Shown: positions 31,431-40,781, counted from the first letter of the stretch. The stretch is 64,000 nt of DNA from Clostridia bacterium (GCA_036654655.1 JAVVRP010000001.1:6251-70250); one strand, 5' to 3'. Program-made: numbers and translations. Notes: generated by a model not told the origin, from the letters alone.

Positions 31431-32069
31431 ATGAAAAACTGTGATGCAACAAATAATGTATTTCTTTCTGGAACAATAAAACAACCACCAATATTTAGCC
31501 ATGAAAGTTATGGAGAAGGCTTTTATGAGGTTATGGTGGAGGTTGCAAGGCTAAGTGAGCAAGTTGATTTGGTTCCGGTAACCGTTTCAGAAAAAATAAT
31601 GGGAAACAAATTTGAGGAAGGCAAAAACATATCAATCAAGGGACAGTTTAGATCATACAACAAAATTATTGATGGAAAAAGTAAACTTGTGTTAACGGTT
31701 TTTGTGCGTGAAATTTTGGATAATGACGAATCTTTAAATCCAAATATTGTGGAACTCAGCGGATTTATTTGCAAGCCACCAGTTTACAGAACAACTCCAT
31801 TTAATCGGGAAATATGTGATATTTTAATAGCGGTTAACAGGGCATACAACAAGTCTGATTATATACCTTGCATAACTTGGGGAAGAAACGCAAGATATGC
31901 ACGGGATGCCGAAATTGGAAGTTCAATTGAAATTGTTGGAAGAGTGCAAAGCCGTTCGTACCAAAAGCGGTTGGAAGATGGAAGTGTTGAGGATAGAATT
32001 GCATATGAAGTTTCTGTTGGCAAAATCTTTATCAAAAGCCAACAAGTAGAAGACGTTGTTCAACCATAA
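31431..32069 (+). CDS. SSB-like protein with two tandem OB folds and no acidic C-terminal tail
   Basis: 212 aa. Two similar halves (NNVFLSGTIKQPPIFSH...KGQFRSYNK... and NIVELSGFICKPPVYRT...VGRVQSRSYQKRLEDGSVEDRIAYEVSV). The second half matches the SSB OB-fold signature. Confidence 0.55.
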   Translation: MKNCDATNNVFLSGTIKQPPIFSHESYGEGFYEVMVEVARLSEQVDLVPVTVSEKIMGNKFEEGKNISIKGQFRSYNKIIDGKSKLVLTVFVREILDNDESLNPNIVELSGFICKPPVYRTTPFNREICDILIAVNRAYNKSDYIPCITWGRNARYARDAEIGSSIEIVGRVQSRSYQKRLEDGSVEDRIAYEVSVGKIFIKSQQVEDVVQP

Positions 32070-32080
32070 ACAATTAAAAT

Positions 32081-32117
32081 AAAAAAAACTGCTAATTTTA
32101 ACTAGCAGTTTTTTTTG
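32081..32117. terminator. bidirectional terminator
   Basis: aaactgcta / tagcagttt stem flanked by A8 and T8 runs. Confidence 0.8.
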
Positions 32118-32120
32118 ATA

Positions 32121-35100
32121 TTAGTTATCTTGTTTTTTTGTTTTTTTTGTTTCAAGTTTTTTTTTTAACTGTTCCTTAATTTCAAGTTTTGCTTTTTTGT
32201 TATTTTCTGCAACCATTTTGCGTTGAAGAGTAAGCAAATATTCATCTGTGTTCATATCCAAAACTGCGTTTTCAAGTTTTGTAAGTTTGTTAACAAGAAC
32301 AGTATGTTTGCTTGCATACAACTTAAATTGTTTTTCTGTGGAACGATCAACAACTCTGTTTCCTTTTTTTCTTTCATCTGCAAGACGTTTTGCATTTTCA
32401 TTTTCAAGTTCCACCATGGCAACTTTTATTTCTTCAATTTCAAGTTTTACTTTTTTAACTTGTTGATTTTTAAGATTTTCTGCTTCAATTCTTGCAACAT
32501 CACGATAAAGCGTTTTGTTTCGGTCATATTCATTTTGCTTTTTAATTTCCCATTTATGAAATTTAATTTTTCTTGTTACATATCCAACAAGAGCAATAAC
32601 AAGTGTAACGCTTAACAAAATGGATGGCACCAAAAGAAAACTAAACTGTGATTCTGTTGGGGTTGGTTTGTTGTCTGGTTCGTTTTCGTTTTCTGTAATG
32701 GTGGAGTTAACAAGTAAAACATTTTTATTTTCATTTGCTTCATTTTTTGTTCTTGCAGTGCTAAATGCTTTTTCATCAATTGTTTCAAATTTAATGTTGT
32801 CAAATGCAACAAGTCCACGTGCTTCACTTGAAAAAGAATTAAGTGCAAATCTTAAAGTGCAGGATGCTGTTTCTGTTGCCTTAATGTAAATGGTGTATGT
32901 TCCCCATTCGCTGTTGCATATTATGTTAGAAAGCAATGCTTTTTCAATTCCTATCAGACCAAATTCTGCGCCATAATCTGTTTTTTCTGGAACATCAAGT
33001 GATGATTTAAGTTTTGTTAAAACATCAACAGAAAGTTTATAATAATTATCTTTTGTTAAAGAAAGTTTGTCATTTGCAGAAATGGTGTAAAAACTTCTGC
33101 CAAATGTTTCAATACCAAGAAGGTTTTTTATTATACTTGTGTTGTTTGGGGATGCGGACAACCCGTAGGCATTGTTTCCAGACTGCAAAATACCTGCGCT
33201 TGCATTAGCGTTTGAACCTGCAAGAGCAGACATTGTGTAAGCAAAAGGTTTGTGAAAATTATAAACAATTTCACCCATTAAGTTTGTTTTAAAATTTGAA
33301 AAGTCAATAAAGCCGTTTGATGTGTTTTTAACGTAATCTGTGTATTCTGCTTCTGTCATTTTGCTTGTAGAAATTAAAACTTTGTCAATCCAAACATAGC
33401 CCTTAACTGGTTCTTTCAATGTTCCAAGAGCAAATTTAACCGTCATATTTTGGGTGGTTTCATCACTCCTTATAACAACGTTATGTTCTGCCCAATTAAG
33501 CGAGGAAAGTCCGTTTTGTGAAAATAACAAATTATTCAAACTGTCATAAACAAAAAAACTAAGTAACTTTGATTGATTAACATCATTTTGTGCGGTTTTA
33601 AAAAAGAAAGAGAGGTTGTGAAATGTTGAACCTGTAACAGAAAATGAAGAACTTGTAACATTTTGATATGCAAGTTCGTTGTTTCCCATAACAAGAACAT
33701 TTTCTACTTCACTGTTATTTGAACTTCCTGGGTTTCCATTTGGCAGGGTTGAATCATTTGATTTAACAACACCACTTATTGTGCTAAGTTTATCACTTGT
33801 TGCTTGTGTCCAAGATGTTGGAACAAGTGGATATTTTAATGTGTTTTCTGCTTTTTCTGCCGAGTTAAACAAGCCATTTTTTATGCTGGGTTCCGCGGTA
33901 AGGGTTGTTAGTTTAACTGTTTCTTCAACCCCGCCACTTGTGTGATTGTTTAATGTTGCAGTTGAAATTGTTTCAAGTGTAACATTATCAAAAAACACGG
34001 TTCCTGATGATGCGGTTGTTGCCTCTGCGTCTTTATACCCAAGCCATAAGCCAAGTTTTAAAGATGTGTCATATAAGTTATGCCCAGAAACATAAAATGA
34101 AATAGGAGTAAAATCATTTGTGAATTTATTTGTGTTATTGGAAGAAACCTGAATTTTTTTTACAACAGGTGTGTAAAAGTCTTTATCCATCTGGTTGTTT
34201 TTATAAAAATCTAAAATATCGTTATTTTCTGTAAGAACAACATACGCAGACCCAGATAAATCTGCAACCTTAACCCAAACGGTTATTTTTACATTTTCAA
34301 AACGTGGCAAATTTATATTTGTGCTTTCATAACCAAGTGCCACTTTTGTGTTTTTATCACTGTGAATAACAAGTGCATTTGAATTTGTTGTCTTTTTGTT
34401 GTTTGCAGGAAGAAGGTGGCTACCTTGCCATTTAATTCCATAAGAATTTAATGCTGATGCGGAACTAATGTCAACAACTCTTGAAATCCCGCCACTTGTG
34501 GAATTTGTTGTTTTGGTCCAAAAATTAAGCGAGTCCTCAAAGTCAAAATTTGCAACGGCAGGTGTGTGTTGTCTTAAATCTTTAAAAACAGCCAAAACTA
34601 AATCGGTCGGATATTTTACAGCCCTGTTTGATTCTGCTTCTTTGCTGTTTTGCCATACGTCACCAGAAATTTGAAAGGCCTTAACTTCGTCAAAAAAAAC
34701 AGCACCAATAGATTTTGTTCCTGCTTTTGAGCCAAGCCAAAGTTCAATATTAACGTTTTGTGACGTTTCACCTGTTGCTACAAAAAATTTAAGTTCTTGC
34801 CAGTTACCTTCTTTTTTAACAAGAGTAAACGAAAGTTCTTTGTCCATTCCAGTTAAATAAGCGGAGGCAACAGCGTCGTTTTGAGTTTTAACAAGAAATG
34901 AAACATAATAATAAGAGTATGCCGAAAAAGTTAAAGGTGAAGAAGTTGAGTACCCTTGCCTACGCTCACCAGTAAAATTGGTTTTTGTTTTTGAGTTTAA
35001 CATTAAAACAAAAGTATCAGTTGACATTGCTGGTTTTTCTGGATTTTCAGTCAAAAAATAGGTTTCTGCTTTGTTGGCGGAAAATTTTTCGGTGTCTATA

Positions 35101-35351
35101 TTAATAGCACCAGATGTTCCGCTATCTCCAATTTTTTTTGTCCAGTTAGAAGGGTTGTTAACAAAATTTGAATAACTAGAATTAAAACTCCCGTTGTTCA
35201 CAACAATTGGAGAAATAACTGAATTTGAAAAAGCCGTGCTTTCACAAATTGCAATGCCAGAATATGGAAGTATGAATAATGATAATAATGCCAAAATAAT
35301 TGATGCTGAAAGTTTTAAAAATTTGTTTTTTTTCATAGTTTGCTTGTCCAC
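32121..35351 (-). CDS. large surface protein (1076 aa): signal peptide, several CBM4/9-like beta-sandwich modules, C-terminal TM anchor and cytoplasmic coiled-coil tail
   Basis: N-terminal signal (LSASIILALLSLFILPYSG). Recurrent NGxF...NW/FW module starts (VVNNGSFNSS...NWTKK; VANFDFEDSLNFWTKT; IKNGLFNSAEK...SWTQA). TM helix FLLVPSILLSVTLVIALVGYV, then about 145 aa of K/E-rich heptad-like sequence. Confidence 0.7.
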   Translation of the reverse strand: MDKQTMKKNKFLKLSASIILALLSLFILPYSGIAICESTAFSNSVISPIVVNNGSFNSSYSNFVNNPSNWTKKIGDSGTSGAINIDTEKFSANKAETYFLTENPEKPAMSTDTFVLMLNSKTKTNFTGERRQGYSTSSPLTFSAYSYYYVSFLVKTQNDAVASAYLTGMDKELSFTLVKKEGNWQELKFFVATGETSQNVNIELWLGSKAGTKSIGAVFFDEVKAFQISGDVWQNSKEAESNRAVKYPTDLVLAVFKDLRQHTPAVANFDFEDSLNFWTKTTNSTSGGISRVVDISSASALNSYGIKWQGSHLLPANNKKTTNSNALVIHSDKNTKVALGYESTNINLPRFENVKITVWVKVADLSGSAYVVLTENNDILDFYKNNQMDKDFYTPVVKKIQVSSNNTNKFTNDFTPISFYVSGHNLYDTSLKLGLWLGYKDAEATTASSGTVFFDNVTLETISTATLNNHTSGGVEETVKLTTLTAEPSIKNGLFNSAEKAENTLKYPLVPTSWTQATSDKLSTISGVVKSNDSTLPNGNPGSSNNSEVENVLVMGNNELAYQNVTSSSFSVTGSTFHNLSFFFKTAQNDVNQSKLLSFFVYDSLNNLLFSQNGLSSLNWAEHNVVIRSDETTQNMTVKFALGTLKEPVKGYVWIDKVLISTSKMTEAEYTDYVKNTSNGFIDFSNFKTNLMGEIVYNFHKPFAYTMSALAGSNANASAGILQSGNNAYGLSASPNNTSIIKNLLGIETFGRSFYTISANDKLSLTKDNYYKLSVDVLTKLKSSLDVPEKTDYGAEFGLIGIEKALLSNIICNSEWGTYTIYIKATETASCTLRFALNSFSSEARGLVAFDNIKFETIDEKAFSTARTKNEANENKNVLLVNSTITENENEPDNKPTPTESQFSFLLVPSILLSVTLVIALVGYVTRKIKFHKWEIKKQNEYDRNKTLYRDVARIEAENLKNQQVKKVKLEIEEIKVAMVELENENAKRLADERKKGNRVVDRSTEKQFKLYASKHTVLVNKLTKLENAVLDMNTDEYLLTLQRKMVAENNKKAKLEIKEQLKKKLETKKTKKQDN

Positions 35352-35451
35352 CTTGTAATGTATATTTTTTTGTTGTTATATCTAAGGGGAATTATATACT
35401 AAAATCTTGCGTACGTCAAATAATTTCTTCAATTTGTGGCAACATATTTTT

Positions 35452-35826
35452 ATGAAAAAGCAAAGTAAGTTTAAAAACTGGGTGTTAACAGTTATATGTG
35501 GATGTGTAATCGGTTTTGTAAATGGTTTTTTTGGTGCTGGTGGCGGAATGATTTGTGTGCCACTTTTAGAAAAAGTTTTAAAATTATCAAATCAAACAAG
35601 CCATGCAACAGCAATTGGTGTAATTTTGCCCATAAGTGTGATCAGTGCAATTGTTTACTCTCAAAAAGTGGATGTGCAAAATCTTAATCTTTTGTGGGTG
35701 ACCGCGGGAGTGATGGTTGGCGGAATTGTGGGGGCGTTATTATTAAAAAAACTAAGTTCAAAAGTTGTTCGGCTTGTTTTTGCACTTGTAATGTTAAGTG
35801 CAGGAATATGGATTGTGGTTAGGTAA
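35452..35826 (+). CDS. TSUP (TauE/SafE) family transporter, N-terminal half-size protein
   Basis: 124 aa from ATG 35452 (the track start is TTG 35407). 4 TM helices with the TSUP motif GFFGAGGGMICVPLL. Confidence 0.7.
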   Translation: MKKQSKFKNWVLTVICGCVIGFVNGFFGAGGGMICVPLLEKVLKLSNQTSHATAIGVILPISVISAIVYSQKVDVQNLNLLWVTAGVMVGGIVGALLLKKLSSKVVRLVFALVMLSAGIWIVVR

Positions 35827-35830
35827 TTAA

Positions 35831-36208
35831 ATGCAAACAATTTTAGTAATATTATTTGGAATTTTAGGTGGGCTTTTGGGAGGAATGGGAATGGGCGGAG
35901 GCACTGCACTAATTCCATTATTAACAATTTTTTTAGGATTCAACCAACAATTAGCGCAGGGGTTAAATTTAATTTCATTTATTCCAATGGCGGTTGTCGC
36001 CTTGCTAATACATTTAAAAAATAATATGATAGAAAAAAAAGTGCTTTTACAAATTATAATAAGTGGAGTGTTTTTTTCTGCTGTGGGCTCGATATTAACA
36101 AATTTGGTAGACGGCAAAATATTAAAAAATTTGTTTGGTATTTTTTTAATAATTTTATCGGTCATTGAGTTGATAACATTTTTTATATCTTTAAAAAACA
36201 AAAAATAA
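35831..36208 (+). CDS. TSUP (TauE/SafE) family transporter, C-terminal half-size protein
   Basis: 125 aa, starting 4 nt after the preceding stop. Second copy of the motif (GMGMGGGTALIPLL). Confidence 0.7.
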   Translation: MQTILVILFGILGGLLGGMGMGGGTALIPLLTIFLGFNQQLAQGLNLISFIPMAVVALLIHLKNNMIEKKVLLQIIISGVFFSAVGSILTNLVDGKILKNLFGIFLIILSVIELITFFISLKNKK

Positions 36209-36284
36209 CAAAAACTGTAATAAATGTTTGATTTGCTTTGTAAAAAATGCTATTATGTAAAGTACATAACATATTGGAGAAAAG

Positions 36285-38465
36285 ATGCAATTATTAATTA
36301 CGGCAAATCAAATAAACGAACAACTCGAAAAAATTTTTGAATTTAGTGCTTCATTATTTCAAGATGATGCAGAGTTTATATCTTCAAAAATTTCTGACGA
36401 GAAACTAAAACAAATGGTTTTAAACACAAAAGATTTAAACATAAGAAAACAAGGAATAGACGATTTGTGCGGGCTTGTATTCCAACTTAAAAATCCACTT
36501 TTTGCACTTGCTAATATGACAAAAATGATGCTAATAAGCAAAAACTTTGATGCTATTTTTAATTTTGTTTGCAGATTGTTTGTTAGCCATATTGGGCAAA
36601 CAAATTATCTTAGCCAAACACCAAACATAACAATAATAGAACGATATTTTGATCGTTTTGTTGAGATAATTAAAAATTGCGACATAAGCCCAGAAATGTT
36701 TATGCCATTAATTTTAGATATTTTTCGCAGTGATAAGGTGGGCGGGATTGTTGCATGGCGCAGACCATCCATTGAATTTCTGCAATCTTTTTGGGACAAA
36801 AATCAACAATGGACAATTGACTATTTATCCAAAAATAATGAACTGAAATACCAACTATTACTTGCAATCACAGAGTTTAACACATTAAAAGGTATTAATT
36901 TGCTTGTTCAAGATTTTTTAAATGGTGGTGATCAAGAAAATATTTTACATGTGCTTAAAAATTATAAACGTGAAACATTAATGGTAATTGATAAAGAACT
37001 TATGACTGCGGATGACCAAACAAGATTAAAATTAATTGAACTTATGTGTTTGTTTGACACAGATACAGAAGTTTTAACCCGTTTGCAAGAAATTTATTTA
37101 AAAGAAGTTTCCGAAGATATAAAAAGTTTGATTGCATCAAAAGTGGGAGTTACAAAAGTTTTACCTTTTAAAACAGAAAAACAGTTTCAATACATTGCAA
37201 AACGAAAAGTTAAAGAGCCACAAGAGCGTTCGTTAGGCATTGCATTTCAAAACTTGCCTTTGTTTTTTGAAAGCGGAATAGAAGCCACCAGTGTTGACAA
37301 AACAATGCTTATAACTTTGTTTAAAGATGAAAAACAACTTGTAAATTTGAGTAAATTAAAAATATTAAATACAATTTTTAATGTTGAGTCATTTTCTAAC
37401 TTTGCATTTAAGTTATTTGATACATTAACAAAAAAAGATGATATTAAGGAAGCAAAATGGTGCCTTAGGTTGGCGTCTGTGGCATGCGGTGGCAAACATA
37501 TGCAAACAATTTTGGACTTTGCAATTTTACTCTTTCAATGCAATCGTGCAAAAGAAGGTAAATATCTTTTACTTTGTTTAACACATTGTGCAAGAGACGA
37601 AGTTTTGGACATATTTAGGCGGTTGTCAGATATTAAAATGCAGGAGTTTTTAAACAACAAAAAAAGTTTTGTAGAATTGTTCTCGCAGTCTGCCAGCATA
37701 AGCCGTGACCTTGTTTTTGATAAGATTGCTAGTGAAAATTTTGACGACAAAATAATTAAAGAAGAAACAGAAAGGCTGTATTGGACTTTTATTGGTGGCA
37801 GAATGTATTTGCCCGAAGAATTTAATCAAATATTTTTAGCAAAAAGATTGTTTAATTATTTAGGACAAAAACTTGTTTTTGGCGAATATATTTTTGGAAG
37901 ATTACATTCTGCATTTATATTAGAAGGAAAAGAAAAAAAATATTTATACGGAAATGCAATTATAAACGAGAATCTTCAAATTTCAATAATTCACACACTA
38001 GATTTAAGTTTTAGACAAGAATTTTTAAAAGATGTTATTGCAAAACCACTTTTTGAGCAATTTCCAGAAAGCAGGTTTAATGTTAATGATTTTTCACGAT
38101 CTTCAATTTCTGTTGCAAGATTTGATGGCATGTTTGTTAATTTGCCTGAATTTACAAAAAAAATGATTTCATATGGTTTTGAAATTAACAAAAGGGACGA
38201 CCAAGCAGAATTTGAAAGTTTTGTTCACGATTTTAAGGGTGGAAATTTAATTGCAGAACTTTCTTTAAAGCACAGTGCAACAATAAACACAAAAACTGCA
38301 ACACTGGGCGCTGTGTATTTTGTTCGTGAATGTGACGTTTTGAACGATAATGGTGAATTTATAATATTAAAAACAAACGCAATTAGTGTTGGGGCATTGC
38401 CATACAGATACTTTGATTTTGTACTTTCAGCAATTTATAACGCATGTATTGCGGGTATAAATTAA
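36285..38465 (+). CDS. large cytoplasmic protein (726 aa), helical-repeat N-terminal region plus DUF4132-like C-terminal region (tentative)
   Basis: The C-terminal third (ERLYWTFIGGRMYLPEEFNQIFLAKRLFNYLGQKLVFGEY...ISIIHTLDL...KPLFEQFPESRF...) resembles my recollection of the DUF4132/MolR-type domain. Not verified. Confidence 0.4.
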   Translation: MQLLITANQINEQLEKIFEFSASLFQDDAEFISSKISDEKLKQMVLNTKDLNIRKQGIDDLCGLVFQLKNPLFALANMTKMMLISKNFDAIFNFVCRLFVSHIGQTNYLSQTPNITIIERYFDRFVEIIKNCDISPEMFMPLILDIFRSDKVGGIVAWRRPSIEFLQSFWDKNQQWTIDYLSKNNELKYQLLLAITEFNTLKGINLLVQDFLNGGDQENILHVLKNYKRETLMVIDKELMTADDQTRLKLIELMCLFDTDTEVLTRLQEIYLKEVSEDIKSLIASKVGVTKVLPFKTEKQFQYIAKRKVKEPQERSLGIAFQNLPLFFESGIEATSVDKTMLITLFKDEKQLVNLSKLKILNTIFNVESFSNFAFKLFDTLTKKDDIKEAKWCLRLASVACGGKHMQTILDFAILLFQCNRAKEGKYLLLCLTHCARDEVLDIFRRLSDIKMQEFLNNKKSFVELFSQSASISRDLVFDKIASENFDDKIIKEETERLYWTFIGGRMYLPEEFNQIFLAKRLFNYLGQKLVFGEYIFGRLHSAFILEGKEKKYLYGNAIINENLQISIIHTLDLSFRQEFLKDVIAKPLFEQFPESRFNVNDFSRSSISVARFDGMFVNLPEFTKKMISYGFEINKRDDQAEFESFVHDFKGGNLIAELSLKHSATINTKTATLGAVYFVRECDVLNDNGEFIILKTNAISVGALPYRYFDFVLSAIYNACIAGIN

Positions 38466-38480
38466 AAACATAGGTGAATA

Positions 38481-39200
38481 ATGAAAAGAGTATTTATAGA
38501 AACTCCAATAATTACAGAATATATAGACGTTTATGGTGATGAATTTTTACATTTATGCGTTGTTTTGCGTTCAGAAGTTGGGGAAAATGTTGTTGCAATT
38601 TGTGATGACCAATTTGATTATAATTGCACCATTTTTAAAATAAACAAAAAAAGTGTGGTGCTTAAAGTAATTAATAAAATTAAAAACTTGGCAAATCCAA
38701 CAAAACGGATAACACTTTTTCAAGGCATGCCAAAATTTGACAAACTTGAACTTATTTTGCAAAAAGCAACTGAACTGGGTGTTTTTTCTCTTTGCCCTTT
38801 TACAAACGATTTTTGCATTGTAAAACCAACAAATTTTAAGGAAGAAAGGTTTAAAAAACTTGTTGTTTCGGCATGTAAACAATGTGGCAGAAGTAAATTA
38901 CCAACAATTTTGCAACCAGTTAAATTTGAAAATATGATAAATATACTTTCCAGTTATGACATAGTTGTTTTTTATTGCGAAACAGCAAAAAAAACAAACA
39001 TGCAAGATGTTATTAATATGCTAAAACCTGCAAACAACATTGCAATTGTTATTGGCAGTGAAGGCGGTTTTTCCGATGCAGAGCGTAAACAATTGGAGTT
39101 GCCAAACGTGATTGAAATTGGGCTTGGAAAAAGAATTTTGCGAACAGAAACAGCATCAATAGCGGGGATTGCGTTAATTTCACAAATGTTGGAAATTTAA
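38481..39200 (+). CDS. rsmE: 16S rRNA (uracil1498-N3)-methyltransferase RsmE
   Basis: 239 aa with C-terminal SPOUT motifs (IVIGSEGGFSDAE...LGKRILRTETA). It precedes mtaB as in Bacillus (yqeU-yqeV). Confidence 0.88.
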   Translation: MKRVFIETPIITEYIDVYGDEFLHLCVVLRSEVGENVVAICDDQFDYNCTIFKINKKSVVLKVINKIKNLANPTKRITLFQGMPKFDKLELILQKATELGVFSLCPFTNDFCIVKPTNFKEERFKKLVVSACKQCGRSKLPTILQPVKFENMINILSSYDIVVFYCETAKKTNMQDVINMLKPANNIAIVIGSEGGFSDAERKQLELPNVIEIGLGKRILRTETASIAGIALISQMLEI

Positions 39201-39209
39201 AGGAGAATC

Positions 39210-40481
39210 ATGAACTTGAAAGTATGTTTTTTAACTTTGGGTTGCAAAGTTAATCAATGCGAGGCAGATTCTCTTGCAACAATTTTTGAGCAAAAAGGAT
39301 ATCAAATTTTAAATAAATTAGAGCCAGCCGATGCATACGTTTTGTCAACCTGTGCGGTTACAAATTTGGCTGAACGTAAGTCAAGGCAAATGATTGCAAA
39401 AATTAAAAAAATAGCACCAAACTCAATAATATATGTTTGCGGTTGTGCAAGCCAAAAACAACCAAACCAGTTTAAAAATCTTGCAAATGTTATTGTTGGT
39501 GCAAGCAATAAAATTTTAATTTTTGAGCAAGTTGAAAAACAAATAAACAATAATTTAAACAGCAAAATCAACCCAATTCAAGTTTATGAAAATTTGCCTT
39601 TCCCAAGGCAAAACACATTACGCCCGCATTTAAAAATTCAAGATGGTTGCAACAACTTTTGCTCTTATTGCATTATCCCATATTTGCGGGGGCAAAGCAG
39701 GTCTAGGGATTTTGAAGATTGTATTAACGAGGCAACACAGATGGCAAAATTAGGCGCAAAAGAAATTGTTATAACAGGAATTGATGTTTCTGATTTTAAA
39801 AATAAAAATAAATTTGCTTTGGGAAAATTAATTGCACAATTAGATAATTTGAACGTAAGAATAAGGTTAAGTTCACTTGAAGTTGGAGTTGTTACATCCG
39901 AATTTATTGAGCAAACAAAAAACTGTAAAAATTTTTGTCCGCATTTTCATTTATCTTTGCAAAGTGGTTGTGATAGCGTTTTAAAAAAAATGAACAGAAA
40001 ATACACAACACAGCAGTATTATAACGCAGTTCAAAAACTAAGACAATCATACACAAATGCATCAATTACAACTGATGTTATTGTTGGTTTCCCAACCGAA
40101 ACAGATGGTGATTTTGAACAAACTTTAAGTTTTTGCAAGAAAGTTGGTTTTGCAAAAATGCACATCTTTCCATATTCAAAACGTGATGGCACTGTTGCTA
40201 GCAAATGGGGGACACTGGATGGCAAAGTTGTTAAACAACGGATCAAAAATCTTGCAAAATTGGACAAAAAAATGGCTTTAAAATTTGCAAAATCAAGCAT
40301 CGGGCAAGTTCATGAAGTTTTGATTGAAAAATCAATTAAAGGCGTTGCACAAGGATATACAAAAAATTATTTATATGTTCAAGTTAATGCAGAATTAAAA
40401 CATGACGATATTGCACAAATAAAAATTGTTAAAGTTCAAGATGAAAAAACGCCACAAATTTTTGCAGAATTGTTAAAATAA
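39210..40481 (+). CDS. mtaB: tRNA (N6-threonylcarbamoyladenosine37) methylthiotransferase MtaB
   Basis: 423 aa with an N-terminal UPF0004 domain (FLTLGCKVNQCEADS), radical SAM CNNFCSYC and a C-terminal TRAM-like region. Confidence 0.85.
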   Translation: MNLKVCFLTLGCKVNQCEADSLATIFEQKGYQILNKLEPADAYVLSTCAVTNLAERKSRQMIAKIKKIAPNSIIYVCGCASQKQPNQFKNLANVIVGASNKILIFEQVEKQINNNLNSKINPIQVYENLPFPRQNTLRPHLKIQDGCNNFCSYCIIPYLRGQSRSRDFEDCINEATQMAKLGAKEIVITGIDVSDFKNKNKFALGKLIAQLDNLNVRIRLSSLEVGVVTSEFIEQTKNCKNFCPHFHLSLQSGCDSVLKKMNRKYTTQQYYNAVQKLRQSYTNASITTDVIVGFPTETDGDFEQTLSFCKKVGFAKMHIFPYSKRDGTVASKWGTLDGKVVKQRIKNLAKLDKKMALKFAKSSIGQVHEVLIEKSIKGVAQGYTKNYLYVQVNAELKHDDIAQIKIVKVQDEKTPQIFAELLK

Positions 40482-40495
40482 AAAACATATTTTTA

Positions 40496-40524
40496 TTGAC
40501 AAAACATTTATAAAAGCATATAAT
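40496..40524 (+). promoter_or_regulatory. consensus sigma-A promoter of rpsU
   Basis: TTGACA (40496-40501), exactly 17 nt, then TATAAT (40519-40524). Confidence 0.75.
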
Positions 40525-40557
40525 ATACAAGAATATAAGTAAGGGGAGGTGATTTTA

Positions 40558-40752
40558 ATGACAGCAATCAAAGTTGGCGAAAACGAAAGTTTGGAAAGCG
40601 CGCTTAAACGCTTTAAACGTAAATGCCAAAAAGACGGAATCATTGGTGACCTCCGCAAAAAAGAAGCATACGACAAGCCAAGTGTTGCTCGCAAGAAAAA
40701 AGAATTGCAGGCACGCAAACGTGCACGTAAACGTGGTTTATTTTCAATTTAA
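40558..40752 (+). CDS. rpsU: 30S ribosomal protein S21
   Basis: 64 aa from ATG 40558 after GGGGAGGTG (the track start is GTG 40549). Sequence ESLESALKRFKRKCQKDGIIGDLRKKEAYDKPSVARKKK is typical S21. Confidence 0.93.
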   Translation: MTAIKVGENESLESALKRFKRKCQKDGIIGDLRKKEAYDKPSVARKKKELQARKRARKRGLFSI

Positions 40753-40757
40753 AAATT

Positions 40758-40781
40758 CGGGTGCAAATGCACTCGTTTTTT
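40758..40781 (+). terminator. rho-independent terminator after rpsU
   Basis: cgggtgca / tgcactcg stem (one G-U pair) followed by a T-run. Confidence 0.75.

Noticed and set aside
35827-36201. 124-aa - strand ORF exactly mirroring the second TSUP half-gene
   Set aside because: The + strand product has the diagnostic TSUP GGG-x4-P-x-L motif and 4 TM helices. The mirror ORF is an antisense artefact.
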